From: Candidatus Micrarchaeota archaeon
GTDB taxonomy: Archaea; Micrarchaeota; Micrarchaeia; Anstonellales; Bilamarchaeaceae
DNA: 46,109 bases
Direction of reading: 5' to 3'
Assembly (NCBI GenBank): GCA_018304385.1
Contig: JAGVWJ010000017.1
Span: 1 to 46,109 of the forward strand
Shown here: positions 26,702-37,198 of the stretch, piece by piece
How positions within the stretch are numbered: the stretch's first letter is position 1
Layout of the letters: the number at the start of each line of letters is the position of its first letter
Translations under genes and position numbers: made by a program
Notes under the pieces: generated by a model
Told to the model about the DNA's origin: nothing
The model's database searches: none
What the model saw: only the letters and a program-made list of their open reading frames with translations

Positions 26702-28159
26702 TTAATTAGGATAGCACAATCCATCTGTTGCTAAGTAGTAATCTGATGGGCAGGTGGATGTATAATACTCTGACTCAGAATAACAATAACCATCAACACC
26801 TAGGTAATAACCAGGATTACAAGTTAAACACTCTCCGTTGTAACACCAGTTATTTTCACCAACACAATAAGTACCGCTCCCGCATTCTGGGTGGCATTGT
26901 TTATCCGTGCCATAAACATATCCTGCTGGACAATTTGGGTTAGATGGCTTATTAGGAGACTCATAACATCCACCTTGGCTACAATACGTTCCTTTTGAGC
27001 AATAGAAAAATGATCCTTGAGTGTCATCATAATAACATGATTTTACGCATTCAAAATCTTCTGACAAAACCTCACCGGTCTTACAATTAATGCATTGATT
27101 CTGAATTGGTACTGTATTCTCTGCTTCGCAATAATTAGCAGTAGCCGCCATATCTTTAAGCTCACGAGAATCTATTGCGTATCCTATTCCTTCAGTACCG
27201 ACATATTTCCATGTATTTATTCCTAATAACTTCCCTTTTTCTTTATCAAATAATCCACCACCACTATTACCTGGATTTATAGCCGTGTCTGTCTGAACCA
27301 CAGGAATTTGAGAAGTTGGTTCTTTACCTATATTAGAAACAATGCCTCTTGTAACTGTCCAAAGAGAACCACCACTAGGATTTCCTATCGCGTATACTTC
27401 ATCACCGCTCTTTGGAACATGGTCTCTATCTACAATAGCGTCTTTCGATTTATCCCCTGGATTCTTTTTGAATATTAAAAATGCAATATCAACGTCATCC
27501 TTGGCATAATAAACATTTGTAGGGTTATACCTAAAACCATCAGTTGTTTCAATGGTAATTACCTGATTAGCTCCGAATGTGCAGATCCCAGTATATAAAC
27601 AATCTACAACGTGCCTATTTGTAACAACAACTTTTTCATCAGCAGAAAGACTATTATTAGGAACATCAGTAGAAGGAATGATTACACCTGAACCTACAAG
27701 GTTATAAGGAATTTTTTGGCCTATGTCATTACAACAGGTTTCACCATCTAACTGTATATAAACAACGGTTTTTTTCAGATCTTCAACATTTGTTGTTGCA
27801 TCTTTACAATCAACTGAACAGCTGCTAGTGCTCTCACCGTTTTCGCATAGATTATTGCCACAACAAGGAGTAATAATATCATTTTTGCAAATGTAATTAG
27901 TTTCAGATCCACAATAATCTTTTGTGCAAAGATTATTATCATTACACGAGTCTGGGCATTTTTTCTCATCGCTATCGCAGATGTCATTATTGTTAGTATC
28001 TAAACAGCAAGATGTTCCTACCAGTATATATGGTTTGTTACACACTGGTTGAGTTGCATTCTGACTCTGACCAGTCAAATTACTAGGAATCGTACATCCT
28101 GATATAAAGATGATTACAATTAATATAACTCCTAATAAAAGATTTTCTTTAAATTGCAT
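26702..28159 (-). CDS. Secreted trypsin-like (HtrA-type) serine protease with Cys-rich flanking domains
   Basis: FISGC signal; triad TNRHVV, DVDIA, INPGNSGGGL; no PDZ domain seen; Cys-rich C-terminus. Confidence 0.92.
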   Translation of the reverse strand: MQFKENLLLGVILIVIIFISGCTIPSNLTGQSQNATQPVCNKPYILVGTSCCLDTNNNDICDSDEKKCPDSCNDNNLCTKDYCGSETNYICKNDIITPCCGNNLCENGESTSSCSVDCKDATTNVEDLKKTVVYIQLDGETCCNDIGQKIPYNLVGSGVIIPSTDVPNNSLSADEKVVVTNRHVVDCLYTGICTFGANQVITIETTDGFRYNPTNVYYAKDDVDIAFLIFKKNPGDKSKDAIVDRDHVPKSGDEVYAIGNPSGGSLWTVTRGIVSNIGKEPTSQIPVVQTDTAINPGNSGGGLFDKEKGKLLGINTWKYVGTEGIGYAIDSRELKDMAATANYCEAENTVPIQNQCINCKTGEVLSEDFECVKSCYYDDTQGSFFYCSKGTYCSQGGCYESPNKPSNPNCPAGYVYGTDKQCHPECGSGTYCVGENNWCYNGECLTCNPGYYLGVDGYCYSESEYYTSTCPSDYYLATDGLCYPN

Positions 28160-28235
28160 AAATCTGTTCCAGCTATAAGTTTTAAAACACTTTTCTTAGT
28201 GAGTTATGCTAATAAAGACCAAAGGAGTTGGAAAA

Positions 28236-28973
28236 ATGGATCGCGAAGAAATTATTTTAACCGGAGAATATAAAAATTTCAAATCAGATAGGAATTATTA
28301 TGTTAAAGAAGCACAAAATAATGATATTGCTGCAATACTTATTGAATTATCAGAATTTATCGAACCTTACGTTTATCAATTTGCAGGCATTGATACAAAA
28401 AAGATAGATCCGTTAATAAAAGCGGGGCAAGGCTTACAATCTGTTTGTGAATTTTTAAAATCATTCAAGCGTGATTTACTCTTGCCAGGCGCGCAAAATA
28501 AAACCACAATGCTTCCTATAGCTGAAAGCTATTTGTTAAATCAACTGCTAAAAAAAGCAGGTGTTTCATTTAAGCCAGTAGTAAGCACATCTTTTAAACC
28601 AGAAGTTGAAAAACCAGAAGATATGATTGCATTTATAGGAAATTGTAAAGGTTGGTTTTCTGCTAAAAAATTAGGCATAGACGAGAAAACGCAGGATTGG
28701 GAAGTCGCAGGTATTTTATCAGGAATAAACCACACACTAGTAAATAAATCATTTGATTTTGCCGGTATGAAAAGTGGGGAAGGAGCCGGAGGTAGAAAAT
28801 CTCTTAGTTCGCTTGCTAATGCGCTTTCTCAGGTTGATGCAAATAATCCATACGCTGTTTGCAAAACATGCGAAGGTTTTAACATTAAACCGTATGCTTC
28901 TCCAGAAATGCTTATGGATGAATATCCAGATATTAAGAAACCTAAGGTTAAAGGAAGGAAGCCAAAAGGTTAG
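28236..28973 (+). CDS. Conserved archaeal hypothetical protein (DUF2666-like)
   Basis: IAFIGNCKGWFSAKKLGIDEKTQDWEVAGIL resembles the DUF2666 pattern from memory; SD GGAG before ATG 28236. Confidence 0.5.
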   Translation: MDREEIILTGEYKNFKSDRNYYVKEAQNNDIAAILIELSEFIEPYVYQFAGIDTKKIDPLIKAGQGLQSVCEFLKSFKRDLLLPGAQNKTTMLPIAESYLLNQLLKKAGVSFKPVVSTSFKPEVEKPEDMIAFIGNCKGWFSAKKLGIDEKTQDWEVAGILSGINHTLVNKSFDFAGMKSGEGAGGRKSLSSLANALSQVDANNPYAVCKTCEGFNIKPYASPEMLMDEYPDIKKPKVKGRKPKG

Positions 28974-28994
28974 CAATGAGCAGTGGGCACTGAG
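28974..28994 (+). repeat. Heptamer tandem repeats
   Basis: CAATGAG CAGTGGG CACTGAG directly after a stop codon. Confidence 0.75.
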
Positions 28995-29003
28995 CCTGAT
29001 TTT

Positions 29004-29906
29004 ATGAGTATTGGGATTGGTTACGGAAAAGTAATTCTCTTCAGCGAACATTTCGTTGTTTATGGCGTACCAGCGATAGCGTTAGGTATAACCAACAAAG
29101 CAATAGTTGAAATAAAAAAATCAGATTCGCTCGGGTATACTAGCGATACGCAAGGTACAATACCTGAATTAACAACGAAATCAATTCGCAACGTGCTCGA
29201 AGCAATGAATATTAAAGAAAATTTTCATGTTCATTTGAAAGGCGATTTGCCAACATTTGGAGGACTTGGCAGCAGTGCTGCTTTCTGTGTTGCAGTAGTT
29301 CGTGCTCTTAACAATGAGTATAAATTAAATTTGCGAAACGAACAAGTTAATGCTTATGCTTATGAAGGTGAGAAAGCATTCCATGGAAATCCTTCTGGCA
29401 TTGATAATACAATGGCCACTTACGGAGGTGCAGTAAAATTTATCCGTGGAAAAACACCTGCTGAAAATAAATTCGAACAAGTAAAAATTGGTTCTCCGCT
29501 GCATTTTGTTATTGGAGTAACTGGCATTAGTTCGCCAACTGCAAAGATGGTCGCAGAAGTAAGAAAATTCAAAGAAGAAGAACCGGATCAATTTCAAAAT
29601 CTTTGCGATCAGGCTGGCGAGATTGTCAAACGTGGAGAAAAGGCACTTGCAAGCGGTGATACAAAACTAATTGGGGAATTAATGAATGAAAATCAATTCC
29701 TTCTTAGAGCGATTGGTGTAAGCATCGAACAGAATGAAACAATAATAAAAGCTGCTCTAAGTGCCGGTGCATTAGGCGCTAAAGTAACTGGTGGAGGAGG
29801 CGGAGGATGCTGCATTGCTTTAGCAAAAGATGAAAAACATGCAAAAGAAATTTTAAATGCGATAAAAGAAAAAGGGTTTGATAGGTTTATCACGAGTGTG
29901 GAATAA
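29004..29906 (+). CDS. mvk: Mevalonate kinase
   Basis: GKVILFSEHFVVYG, GHMP motif PTFGGLGSSAA, HGNPSGIDN, GAKVTGGGGGG. Confidence 0.93.
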   Translation: MSIGIGYGKVILFSEHFVVYGVPAIALGITNKAIVEIKKSDSLGYTSDTQGTIPELTTKSIRNVLEAMNIKENFHVHLKGDLPTFGGLGSSAAFCVAVVRALNNEYKLNLRNEQVNAYAYEGEKAFHGNPSGIDNTMATYGGAVKFIRGKTPAENKFEQVKIGSPLHFVIGVTGISSPTAKMVAEVRKFKEEEPDQFQNLCDQAGEIVKRGEKALASGDTKLIGELMNENQFLLRAIGVSIEQNETIIKAALSAGALGAKVTGGGGGGCCIALAKDEKHAKEILNAIKEKGFDRFITSVE

Positions 29907-29941
29907 TTTTAAAGCTTTCTTTTTATAATAAATCCGATAAC

Positions 29942-30205
29942 ATGACAGCCCAAGCAGTTAAAACAGATAAAGTATTAGATATGCGCACTCTTCAGCGAGT
30001 ATTATCTATATTAGTAAAAGCTGGTAGATTATCCTCAGGAGAAGCAGATCGCGTCTGGGGTTCAATAAGGGAGCTTACAATAGGTTCAGCCCTAAAAGTG
30101 CTAGGTAAAAGTCAATTAGTAGAAGAAGTCAGAAAGGTTTTAGATGATCGCGATTCAGGAGTTTTTATTAATCAAGAACCTGCAACTGAATCAATTCGTA
30201 GATAG
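29942..30205 (+). CDS. Small hypothetical protein
   Basis: 87-aa ORF ~25 nt after a TTTTATAA box (leaderless pattern). Confidence 0.6.
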   Translation: MTAQAVKTDKVLDMRTLQRVLSILVKAGRLSSGEADRVWGSIRELTIGSALKVLGKSQLVEEVRKVLDDRDSGVFINQEPATESIRR

Positions 30206-30237
30206 TTAACCTAATTGTCACATTTTTTTTCTAATTT

Positions 30238-32151
30238 TTACCTTTCCAGTCCATATTTTTTATAAATTCCATCAATCTTTTCTATTTCTTCAGGTGTAGC
30301 GTCGATCCAGTTCGAATCTTTATAAATTGTTTTCAGTTCCTCCTGGTTTGTTCCGCAGAATATCGGCTCTTTTCTTTTAAATTCATCAAAGCTATGTGGA
30401 TAAGCCAATGCACATTTTGGATTTTCTGCCGTGCTTAGTCCATTTGCCTTGCCTATGGTTGACATCAATTGAACAAGTGTTCTTTTGAATAGTTCAGATT
30501 CATTCTCTGGTTCATTATTGAAGGCTCCTGTAAATCTGTAATAAGATACAACTCCTGTTTTACCATCGCTATTGCCAAAAACATAATTTGTGGTTTCAGC
30601 AGTTATGTCCTTAGAGGTTATCGCAAAAACATTGTCTCTATCATCATATCCTTCTTTTAGATAGCCCTCTATTATCTCTACGTAATACTGGTTCCTTAGG
30701 CTATTGTAAGCATTCATTGGGGGTTCTGAAACTTCAAGAACCTCAAATTTAAACTTAAACTTGTCATTCAAAATAGTAGCAAGGTCTAAAGCAAAATTTT
30801 TATCAACATCCATTGGAACAAGATAAATTGTTTTATTTACATAACTATACTTTTCAAAAACCTCTGCCTTCACTGGTAAATCCTTAGTTTCATCTGTTGG
30901 TTTTAGTTTTTCAATAATCGCATCCAGTTGTTTTATAGTTCCTAAATCATTAGCGTAAATCTTTTTCGCCTTTTCGTATACTTCTATATATCTTCTTTGC
31001 TGCACATTATCAAGTTTGTTAGTTTTCTCAATTGCAAGATCAATGAATTTTTTAGCATTCGTACCATCTGTCTTATCATAGTAATAATTTGCAAGAGCCC
31101 AGTACGCCTCTATTGGTGTTTGATCCCTGTTAAATTCTATAGATCTTAGTAGCGCTTGTGCCATTTGTTCTGTTTCATTTTTCTTGGCGTGCTCACCAGC
31201 TTTTATTATGTATATCTGGCCGGCAGCAACTTGTTTTTCTGGATCATCAGGATCAAGTTCTAATGTATCTTCTATAGAATCTGCTGCTTTCTGATAGTTG
31301 CCGAGTTCAGCATAATTCAAAGCAGAGTAGTAATAAGCAAGAGATTTCTTGTTATCAATATTAAGCGCCTGCTCACAGTATTCAACTGATTTTAAGAACT
31401 CTCTTTTGCTATAAAATAGTTCACATAATCTTGCGTAAGCATTTGGATTTTTGGGCTCTTTCTCTAATGCCGCCTCGTAATATTTTTGCGCATTAGTATA
31501 ATCACGTTTGTTTAGAGAGGTAATTCCTTTGACAACATATGCGTCACCGATCGTCTGATCTTCTCTTATCACATCATCCAGTATCCCTTCAGTTATTTTA
31601 GGCTCTGAATTTATATTTTCAGCTGAAATATTTACCATTATACTTAGCAATATTCTTTTATTTTTCTTGTCCAACCCCATATCCATTGCTTTTTTTGCAT
31701 ACTGTCTGCCTTTATCTATCTGATTTGAATCCATATATGCTATGGCGGCTTGCGCGTATGTGAGTGATTGGGTATCATCTATTTCTAATGATTTTTCCAG
31801 ATAGTTAATCGCTTTAGTGTACTGGCCCTTATTATTTGCAATTAAGCCAAGCCATTGATATCCATCATAACCAGCGTCTTTCTTCTGAATTGAAATTTCA
31901 AATAGTTTTTCTGCTGTTAATTTGTCATCTTTATATTCATATAGGAATGCACCCTTATAGACGTATGGCGCAGCATAGTCAGGATATTTTTCTATGAGTT
32001 CATTGTATATATTTTCCGCTTTGTCGAATTGCGAATTATTTATGTAATTGTCAGCTTCCATAAGTTTTGCGTTTATCTCTTCTTCTGGCGAGCTAGATGT
32101 ACAGCCAATTAAAAATATAAACAAGAATAAGAACACCAGATCGATTTTCAT
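30238..32151 (-). CDS. TPR lipoprotein with C-terminal degenerate archaemetzincin-like domain
   Basis: LIGC lipobox; many TPRs; C-terminal AYNSLRNQY, AITSKDI, NYVFG, GVVSYYRF, then STIGKANGLST in place of HExxHxxGxxH. Confidence 0.85.
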   Translation of the reverse strand: MKIDLVFLFLFIFLIGCTSSSPEEEINAKLMEADNYINNSQFDKAENIYNELIEKYPDYAAPYVYKGAFLYEYKDDKLTAEKLFEISIQKKDAGYDGYQWLGLIANNKGQYTKAINYLEKSLEIDDTQSLTYAQAAIAYMDSNQIDKGRQYAKKAMDMGLDKKNKRILLSIMVNISAENINSEPKITEGILDDVIREDQTIGDAYVVKGITSLNKRDYTNAQKYYEAALEKEPKNPNAYARLCELFYSKREFLKSVEYCEQALNIDNKKSLAYYYSALNYAELGNYQKAADSIEDTLELDPDDPEKQVAAGQIYIIKAGEHAKKNETEQMAQALLRSIEFNRDQTPIEAYWALANYYYDKTDGTNAKKFIDLAIEKTNKLDNVQQRRYIEVYEKAKKIYANDLGTIKQLDAIIEKLKPTDETKDLPVKAEVFEKYSYVNKTIYLVPMDVDKNFALDLATILNDKFKFKFEVLEVSEPPMNAYNSLRNQYYVEIIEGYLKEGYDDRDNVFAITSKDITAETTNYVFGNSDGKTGVVSYYRFTGAFNNEPENESELFKRTLVQLMSTIGKANGLSTAENPKCALAYPHSFDEFKRKEPIFCGTNQEELKTIYKDSNWIDATPEEIEKIDGIYKKYGLER

Positions 32152-32315
32152 TAACCTAACCCCAATTCCTCAAATTTCTTTGCTTTTTTCTTTGCGCTAT
32201 CTAGTTTTGCTAGTATATCATCCATGCTTTTCTTTGCTGCTTCGCTCTTAGTTTCGCCTTGAATTACTTGTATAAATGGCTCGCTTTCTTTTTTCTTTTT
32301 TTTATCTTCAGTCAT
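32151..32315 (-). CDS. Small Lys-rich protein (54 aa), absent from the ORF track
   Basis: MTEDKKKKKESEPFIQVIQG...EELGLG; ATG 1 nt after the nth stop; its TAA overlaps the next ATG (TAATG). Confidence 0.7.
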   Translation of the reverse strand: MTEDKKKKKESEPFIQVIQGETKSEAAKKSMDDILAKLDSAKKKAKKFEELGLG

Positions 32316-32316
32316 T

Positions 32317-32970
32317 TCATCTGCTCCTTTTTACTCCTATTCTTGGGCAATGATTTCGTATTTTACAAATGCTACACCAAGGACTAACTGGTTGGCAAAT
32401 TGTTTGCCCATACGCTACAAAGATCTTGTTTAAGCTTCTTAAATATTGCTTTGGTACAACTCGCATAAGTGATTGTTCAGTCTGCTCTGGTTTTTTGGTT
32501 TTTACTAAACCTAAACGATTTGCTATGCGATGTACATGTGTATCAACCCCTATCACATGTTTTCCAAAACATCTTGCTAAAACTATATTTGCAGATTTTC
32601 TACCTATCCCAGGCAAAGTTAGCAGTTCTTCAAGTGTATCTGGAACGCGCGAATTAAACTTTTCAATAAGCACATTACACGTTTTAATTAGATTTTTTGA
32701 TTTAACTCGATAAAATCCTACTCCATATAATAAAGTTTCGAGTTTTGAAGTTTTGAGTCCTGCGATTTTTTCTGGGGTATCAGCAACTGCGAATAATCGC
32801 TCAACTGCTCGCAAGGTTGTATCATCCTTTGTTCTTGCAGATAGCATAACAAAAACTAGGGCTCGAAATGGAGTTGTTTTAGCTGATTCAACGCGAAGCA
32901 CTGGCGCATTGCGCTCGCGCGCTTCGGTTTGCATTATTTTAAGGGCTGAACCTAGTTGAGATAATTTCAT
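32317..32970 (-). CDS. nth: Endonuclease III
   Basis: HhH LLTLPGIGRKSAN, VDTHVHRI, 4Fe-4S motif C-x6-C-x2-C-x5-C. Confidence 0.96.
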   Translation of the reverse strand: MKLSQLGSALKIMQTEARERNAPVLRVESAKTTPFRALVFVMLSARTKDDTTLRAVERLFAVADTPEKIAGLKTSKLETLLYGVGFYRVKSKNLIKTCNVLIEKFNSRVPDTLEELLTLPGIGRKSANIVLARCFGKHVIGVDTHVHRIANRLGLVKTKKPEQTEQSLMRVVPKQYLRSLNKIFVAYGQTICQPVSPWCSICKIRNHCPRIGVKRSR

Positions 32971-32997
32971 AATATACTCGAGAGGGAAAGTTATTTA

Positions 32998-34134
32998 TTA
33001 GTGGGTATGCTGCGAACTGCGCATATATACTTCATCTGCTTGTGTTACGAGACCTGCTTCAAGAAGCGCATCATAAGGAGAATTTTTGTAATGGTGATTT
33101 ATTAATCCACCTAATCCATTATTAAGAAAATCATCGTAAGTTATTTCTTTTGGTTCTTTCTCTAACCTCCAGATTAACCATTTACAAGCAACTAATCTAA
33201 TTTCTTTATCTTTATAAATAGATGGCGATTTCTCTATCCCCCAAGGATAAAACTTATCAGTTGCAAATCCAGTCCTAGCATGCTTTTTTATTTCATCTAG
33301 AGAATAAGCATAGTCTGCTTCTACTAATGCTAGATAAGGAGAATTTTTGTAATACTCACCTAATAACCCACCTAATCCATTATTATAAAAATCATCTACA
33401 GTTATATCTCTTGTATCTTTTTTTATCTTCCAGATTAGCCATTTACAAGCAGCTATTCTACTTTCTTTATATTCATAGATATGTGGAGCACTACTCATCT
33501 CCCAAGGATAAATTTTGTCAGTTTTAAATCCACTTTTAGCATGTTCTTTTATTTCCTCTAAAGAATAAGCATAACCAGCTTCCACTAATGCTAGGTAAGG
33601 AGAATTTTTGTAACGCTTTGATAATAATCCACTTAATCCATTACTCTCAAAATCATCTTTAGTTATTTCTTTAGGATTTTTATCTAAAAACTCTAGTAGT
33701 TTTTTTATTACAGTTACTCTAACTTCTCTATTTTTCCAATCAAAATTTCCAGGTTTTGTAATCAGGCCGTTATCATATAATTCTTCAGCCTTCTCTTGTT
33801 CCAGCATTATCGCTACTGTTTTAGCTACTGCATCTCTTATTTCTTGTTTAGTTAATTGTCTTCTTTCTTCTAATCTTGGTTCTCTTTTTCGATCACTTAC
33901 TGGTTCTCCGAATTCTAGGTTTTGTCTTACTTCTTGTGGCGCTAGCTCGGTATATCCTTTTTCAGTAATCCTATATTTCCCTCTATTTATAAAAAATAAA
34001 GCTAGCCAGCGTTTGAATTGTATTTGTTTGTCTATCTGATCCGGTGGCATTGGAACTAAGCTAAGCTGAGGACGACTTCTGCCGCTTTGTGGATTGGGCA
34101 CACGCGGTCTAACAGCTAGTAGTATAGAATGCAT
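32998..34134 (-). CDS. Protein with 87-aa tandem repeats (DUF4046-like)
   Basis: Repeats spaced 261 nt (AAGGAG anchors at 33075, 33336, 33597); motif DFxxNGLxGLL...YKNSPYxAL...YPWE. Confidence 0.8.
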   Translation of the reverse strand: MHSILLAVRPRVPNPQSGRSRPQLSLVPMPPDQIDKQIQFKRWLALFFINRGKYRITEKGYTELAPQEVRQNLEFGEPVSDRKREPRLEERRQLTKQEIRDAVAKTVAIMLEQEKAEELYDNGLITKPGNFDWKNREVRVTVIKKLLEFLDKNPKEITKDDFESNGLSGLLSKRYKNSPYLALVEAGYAYSLEEIKEHAKSGFKTDKIYPWEMSSAPHIYEYKESRIAACKWLIWKIKKDTRDITVDDFYNNGLGGLLGEYYKNSPYLALVEADYAYSLDEIKKHARTGFATDKFYPWGIEKSPSIYKDKEIRLVACKWLIWRLEKEPKEITYDDFLNNGLGGLINHHYKNSPYDALLEAGLVTQADEVYMRSSQHTH

Positions 34135-34171
34135 GGATTGATTGTGGTAACAAGGGATTAAAAAGGTTTCA

Positions 34172-34699
34172 TTAATTAGGTTGATGTTCCTGGCATTCAG
34201 CAAGCGCTCTTTTTACAGATCCCTTATAGTGTCCTAACAATTTACTTAGTCCATACTCATGAAAATGCAGTTTGCTTATGACAGTAGGATCGTTTATCAC
34301 TTCAACAAATTTTCTCATTACAGCTATTCTATTCTGTTCATTGTCCCAATCAATGTATCTTATTCTTAATATCATTCCTTGATCGTAAAGTTCTTCTGCC
34401 TTACCTTCTGCAATTAATTCTGCAATCTTTTTTCGTGCAAGTGCCACTCTTTCATCTTCTTTAAGTACTGTTATGTCATCTGCTTTTCCAAAATTAGCAT
34501 ATGCCTTTTTCGCTAAGCAGTAACCACCCTGTTTGATAAAAAACAAATCTACCCATCTTTTGAATTCAGTTACTTTTTCTGACCTATCCGGTGCAGGTTT
34601 AAATGCGCCTGAAACATCCTTTGCAGTATGAGGGCTTAAATCACGCCCACCTGTTGCCCAATATATTCTAGTTGCATTTAATGCGCTAAACCTTCTCAT
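34172..34699 (-). CDS. Short paralogue of the adjacent repeat protein
   Basis: FKRWVDLFFIKQG vs FKRWLALFFINRG; KAEELYDQG vs KAEELYDNG; only one partial repeat. Confidence 0.8.
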   Translation of the reverse strand: MRRFSALNATRIYWATGGRDLSPHTAKDVSGAFKPAPDRSEKVTEFKRWVDLFFIKQGGYCLAKKAYANFGKADDITVLKEDERVALARKKIAELIAEGKAEELYDQGMILRIRYIDWDNEQNRIAVMRKFVEVINDPTVISKLHFHEYGLSKLLGHYKGSVKRALAECQEHQPN

Positions 34700-34703
34700 T
34701 TGA

Positions 34704-35846
34704 TCACAATATTTTTTCTTTGCTTAACTCTCTTACACGTTCTATAATATCATCTGCTTCATGGGCTCCAATTAATTGATGTCTAACAACACCAAAACGA
34801 TCAATAACAATAGTAAATGGCAATATTCTAACTGGTATAAAATCCAAAACCTCCATAGGCATATCTCCTAATCTGTAGGTTACTGGTGGCACAGTTATTC
34901 CTAGTGCCTGTCTCCAATCCCTATCCCCAGTTAGCTTAACATGAATTCCAATTACAGTAGCCATGCCTGTCTCATGAATGGCTTCTAAACCAGTCATTTC
35001 GTATTGACAAGGTGGGCAGTAATATCCCCAAATATTGATGATGACTGGTCTTTCAAATGGAGGGGTTAATGATATAAATCCAGGTTCAGCATAGGGATTT
35101 TTATTATCTATAATTATCTCTGGAAAATGTAAGCCAACTATGCTTTTATCAGAATTTATCTCTCCATAAATAGTAAAGAAAGCATTTATTATTCTAGCAT
35201 AAGGAAAGTTTTCTTCTCCTAACTTTGGCAACTCAGCAATAGCCATTTGATTTCTTCTAAATTTATCAATAATTATATTTACCACATAATCCAGTTTTTG
35301 AATGTTCCTGCCCTTTTTAATATCCTCCTCAACCGTATCGCCTTCTGCATGAAATCGTTCTAAGTTACTAGCCATATCATCGCTTTTATATGCAGCACGA
35401 AGCATATCCTTTATAGCTTCGCTGTATCGCCCCTCAACTACTTGCTGTGATTTGAAACCGTCACTGTATATCATAGATATTTTAATTAAATCACCAATTT
35501 CAGCAGCAACTCCAATGAATTTGAATCTTGCTTCTCCTTCTAATTTTTCTACATTTGATACTACTTTTTCAAATTCTAAAAATCCCTTTTCTACTCTATC
35601 TTCTACTGGGCCATCAGAAAGCCATATTTTTATTACTGGTTCAAATAGTTTTATTATTTCTTCATCAGAAATTGTTTTCTTTTTTTGTTCGGCAACATGT
35701 GTTGATATAGCAGCAGGCCTTTGAACAAATACTGGCGTTGCAGCACAACCCATTGTACTAGCTAAAAGTGCACCTGCAAGAAATCTGCCTAGCGGTTTTC
35801 TAGAGGTATGGCTATTAGTAAGCTGGTTAATATTTAGTTTTTTCAT
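34704..35846 (-). CDS. Protein with C-terminal TlpA-like thioredoxin domain
   Basis: VIINIWGYYCPPCQYEM...LPFTIVIDRFGVVR; possible lipobox MGC near the N-terminus. Confidence 0.8.
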   Translation of the reverse strand: MKKLNINQLTNSHTSRKPLGRFLAGALLASTMGCAATPVFVQRPAAISTHVAEQKKKTISDEEIIKLFEPVIKIWLSDGPVEDRVEKGFLEFEKVVSNVEKLEGEARFKFIGVAAEIGDLIKISMIYSDGFKSQQVVEGRYSEAIKDMLRAAYKSDDMASNLERFHAEGDTVEEDIKKGRNIQKLDYVVNIIIDKFRRNQMAIAELPKLGEENFPYARIINAFFTIYGEINSDKSIVGLHFPEIIIDNKNPYAEPGFISLTPPFERPVIINIWGYYCPPCQYEMTGLEAIHETGMATVIGIHVKLTGDRDWRQALGITVPPVTYRLGDMPMEVLDFIPVRILPFTIVIDRFGVVRHQLIGAHEADDIIERVRELSKEKIL

Positions 35847-36005
35847 ACATTTTTATTGTGTGTAAATATTTATAAATTAATGTAATTTAATTGTTTATTG
35901 GCCCGCCACACAACCTATTTAAACCTATGTAACATTTATCCCTCTTTATCCATAAAACGAAACATTTAAATATAAGGCTTGTGCAATTATAATTAGTGAT
36001 ATCCC

Positions 36006-36548
36006 ATGACATTAGCTCATACAGTAGTTAGAGGTAGCCCTCACAGGGACCCGAATGCACGAAGGTCAGCTTTCCTAAGGCCCCTAGTTCATACTAAGCC
36101 GAGTGTTGAAGATTTAATGAGATTAAAAGATGAAAGGATAAGAGAGGCACGAGTAAAGAGAGTAGCATCTGTTCTTAATGGCGAATTAGGTCACGTAAAT
36201 GAAGCGGCAAAATATGCATTGCTTGCAAGTAGATTATATGGTTCACGCAGTGAGGTTGAAGAATGGAAAACCGCAAAAGTTCAGGTATTTGATCAGAATA
36301 ATCAACACATTGTAGCAATTAATACAGATCCAAGAACAAGGTTGGTGATAAATACTATGACTAAAGTTGCTATGCTTATTGTCGCGCCAATTATGATCGG
36401 AACTGTTTTACGTTCTAGAAGAGATGAGGACGAGCAGGCGGTTTTAGAAAATGGTTTAGCGCTAATTAAGTTAGAGCTATCTAGAACAACCAATGGCATA
36501 CAAACAGCGCTTATAGAAGCGCAATGCATATTACAGGCTATTAGCTGA
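36006..36548 (+). CDS. Hypothetical protein
   Basis: 180-aa ORF, AGTGAT RBS-like element. Confidence 0.65.
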   Translation: MTLAHTVVRGSPHRDPNARRSAFLRPLVHTKPSVEDLMRLKDERIREARVKRVASVLNGELGHVNEAAKYALLASRLYGSRSEVEEWKTAKVQVFDQNNQHIVAINTDPRTRLVINTMTKVAMLIVAPIMIGTVLRSRRDEDEQAVLENGLALIKLELSRTTNGIQTALIEAQCILQAIS

Positions 36549-36588
36549 AATAAAAGCTTTTATGCCTTTCTAATCTTATTGTTATTTT

Positions 36589-37092
36589 ATGCAACTACTT
36601 AGACCTATTGTTATAGATCGATCTAGTCGAAGAGCTCAATTTCCGGATCCATTATCTGAGCGTGCAATTGTATTAAGAAATCTAAGAAGTGATGATGCAG
36701 ATGATAGAGGCGCAGCCATTTGCGCTGTTGTCAGATTATTAAATGAAAGAAAGAACGTACGTGCATATTTAGTTGACGTTATAAAGAGATTAGGCGATAA
36801 TGATGAGGCGGTTTGCCTAGCTGCAATAGACGCATTAGGCGATATTGCAGTGCATTCTAGAACACAATCGAGAAGGGCATTATTTCTAATTCGTAGGCTT
36901 GCACGAGGCAGTAATGAAGCGCTTATTAAAAATGCAGCATTTACTGTTGGCTGGATAGCAGAGCAGGGCGTTAACATTTCTTTTCTTGATGTCTGGCTTA
37001 TGAAACTCGCAGCTAATCCAGATCAAGAGGTTGCAGATGCAGGAAAATGGGCACTAGCTAAATGTCAGATACAACAGCGCTTTGTACAATAG
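36589..37092 (+). CDS. HEAT-repeat protein
   Basis: DDADDRGAAI, DEAVCLAAIDALG, DQEVADAGKWAL repeats. Confidence 0.75.
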   Translation: MQLLRPIVIDRSSRRAQFPDPLSERAIVLRNLRSDDADDRGAAICAVVRLLNERKNVRAYLVDVIKRLGDNDEAVCLAAIDALGDIAVHSRTQSRRALFLIRRLARGSNEALIKNAAFTVGWIAEQGVNISFLDVWLMKLAANPDQEVADAGKWALAKCQIQQRFVQ

Positions 37093-37198
37093 CTCAGTTT
37101 ACCAAACTTAACATCGAGTTTAACTTTGGTACTACTATTATTAAAGTCGAATTTAGGAATAGTAGCTATTTAAATATGTTTCTATTGTATATAATACC

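Noticed and set aside
29028-29048. Mevalonate kinase KVILFSEH instead of the usual FGEH
   Set aside because: Single substitution with all catalytic and ATP motifs intact; no sign of inactivation
32998-33200. Similarity to 45698-45900 as a DGR template/variable repeat pair
   Set aside because: Both copies are coding, differences look mostly synonymous and not adenine-specific, and no reverse transcriptase is present
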